Source: Salpingoeca rosetta
Lineage: Eukaryota > Protista > Choanoflagellata
DNA length: 64,000 bases
Direction of reading: 5' to 3'
Assembly: GCA_033442325.1 (NCBI GenBank)
Contig: JAWQFM010000021.1
Span: forward strand, 1,083,692 to 1,147,691
Positions 62,239-64,000 of the stretch are shown piece after piece. Under the pieces are notes generated by a model that was not told the origin of the DNA, did not search any database, and was given only the letters and a program-made list of their open reading frames with translations. A program made the translations under genes and the position numbers. Position 1 is the stretch's first letter, and each line of letters opens with the position of its first letter.

Positions 62239-63998
62239 TCAGCAAACCACAGCAACGACATCAGTATCAGCATCGCTGTCAACATCACCACTATCATCGT
62301 TACATCTGGCGGTGACTGAGTCGTCTTGACTATTGTTGTCACTGTCCTCCTCCTGTCCGGCGCGGCTGGTGGTGCGTGGGCTTTCGCGTGGGCCATCGTT
62401 CATCCCAGAGTCGGGCGCCTGTGTTGTTGGTGGTGCGGAGGTATGTTGTGCAGGAGGCGTTCCGCCCAGCACCTGTATCAGTGCAGCGAACTGCACTGAT
62501 GTCTGGTGCATAAACTCCCTAAAGAGCTCAAGTTTTGGGTCTGGGCTAGCGGTCGATGCTGCAGGTCGAGGTTTCCTCCGTCTTCGTTGTTCGACTTCGT
62601 CACCGACCTCCCTTGCCTGTGAGCCTACAACACAAACGAGTGCATACAAGCGTACGCGTGTGAGCGCGTGAGCTTCGTGTACAAGAAAGTGTGCATGTGA
62701 GAGGCCCATGTGAATACCTGTGGGTACGGCGTCGTTGAGGATCTGATGGAGAAGCAGGAACTTCTCCTCTCCAAGTTCGTCTAGCTTCTGGGCGCTCTTC
62801 TGCAGTACGTGCTTTCGTGGCTCCTCATCGAATTCAGGCCATTGCAATAGCCTTTCCTGCACGAGATACATGCAAACAACGAAGGTGACACTCACGCGCA
62901 CGCTCAGTCACACACACACACATACACACAGCCAGACATACACTCGCATACACACACAGTTAGTTCGACACGCGCACACGCACACACACACACGCACATG
63001 CACATACGCACATACACACACACGCACGCGCACGCACACACACGTACACACGCACATACACACACGCGCGCTCACGCACACACACGTACACACGCACATA
63101 CACACACGCGCGCTCACGCACACACACGTACACACGCACATACACACACACGCGCGCATGCACACACACGTACACACGCACATACACACACACAAACACA
63201 CGCACATACACACACACACATACACACACATACACACACACAAACACACAGACGCACAGACGCACAAACACACACGCACACGCACGATTCAATTGCCATG
63301 CAAGAAGACACCCTTACCTCGTATCCATCCCCTTGCAGATTGCCAAGGCCCGATTTCTTGGTGAAGAAGGTGTGCGCGTCTGTTGCGTGCCTGTACAAAT
63401 CTTGCATTTCTCGAAATTGCCGATGTGCACGCGTCCCCAGGCCACTGTTCGCAAGCCTCTTCATCTTCGACTTTGCGCCAACTCTCTTCTTCATCATCTC
63501 TCCCACCCTCTTCCACGTTGCATCATCACCCTTTCGAATGTCGTCCACGGTTGCAAGACCGGTGGACATCAGATCTTGCACGCACGTCAACAACAACACT
63601 CGCGTCTCGTCCGTCCACCGAATGTTGACACGGCCTGCATCCTTTCCATCCTGTTTTGGTGTCGACGTCAAGGAAGAAGCGGGCGAGGTCACTGGGGGCG
63701 AAACAGGCGATGTTGTCAGCACCGAGTGATGTGCTGCCACTGGCGTTGTTGTCTGTGCAGGGGGTGGGTGAGGGTGGAGAACAGTTGCCGCAGGGATTGA
63801 TGCTGCAGAAACCGAGGCCACAGACGGTGAAGTTTCAGGGGCAGTTGCAGTTGATGCTGTCGGGGCCGAGCTCACGGGCGACGACGTTGCAGGAGCAGTC
63901 ACGCATGACGTTGACGCTGAAGACGTGGAGTAGAGTGCTTCCTGCGCAAGCATTGCAGCGATGGACACGGGCTCGTGCACAGGTTCGTGTAAAGCCAT
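62239..63998 (-). CDS. Harbinger 3 accessory Myb/SANT-like protein, spliced; start may lie beyond the window
   Basis: [23 protein letters not shown] Myb-like spacing after an S/T/P-rich region; GT-AG introns; convergent with the transposase. Confidence 0.7.
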
Positions 63999-64000
63999 AT

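Larger units (their letters stand above)
59754..64000. mobile_element. PIF/Harbinger transposon 3, extending beyond the window; left end tentative
   Basis: GGGCGAATTCGAAGG start with subterminal repeats (ATTCGAAGG..AACCA twice), and a convergent transposase plus Myb-like gene pair. The right TIR is not in the window. Confidence 0.65.

Overview
Eukaryotic, intron-rich, GC-biased DNA with (CA/GT)n microsatellite-filled GT-AG introns and N gaps. The style suggests a choanoflagellate such as Salpingoeca (inference). The left 42 kb holds five spliced genes: UPF2 (+, 5' partial), an NRAMP/SLC11 metal transporter (-), an axonemal DNAH7-like dynein heavy chain (-), a three-KH protein with a QQGYG tail (-), and a kinase-Roc-COR-TIR-polyQ-SAM ROCO protein (+). 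The right 20 kb is a nest of Ty1/copia retrotransposons, LTRs and three PIF/Harbinger DNA transposons. Main observations: (1) the conserved dynein FNCSDG motif is restored by two consecutive single-nucleotide exons (C at 23694, T at 23485), each with AG/GTAAG sites, and the first lies next to an intronic inverted-repeat stem; (2) an otherwise intact Harbinger transposase has exons 2-3 on the opposite strand with splice phases preserved; (3) the ROCO protein carries a SARM1-like TIR domain with the putative catalytic Glu. All calls come from manual reading of the sequence; no searches were run.
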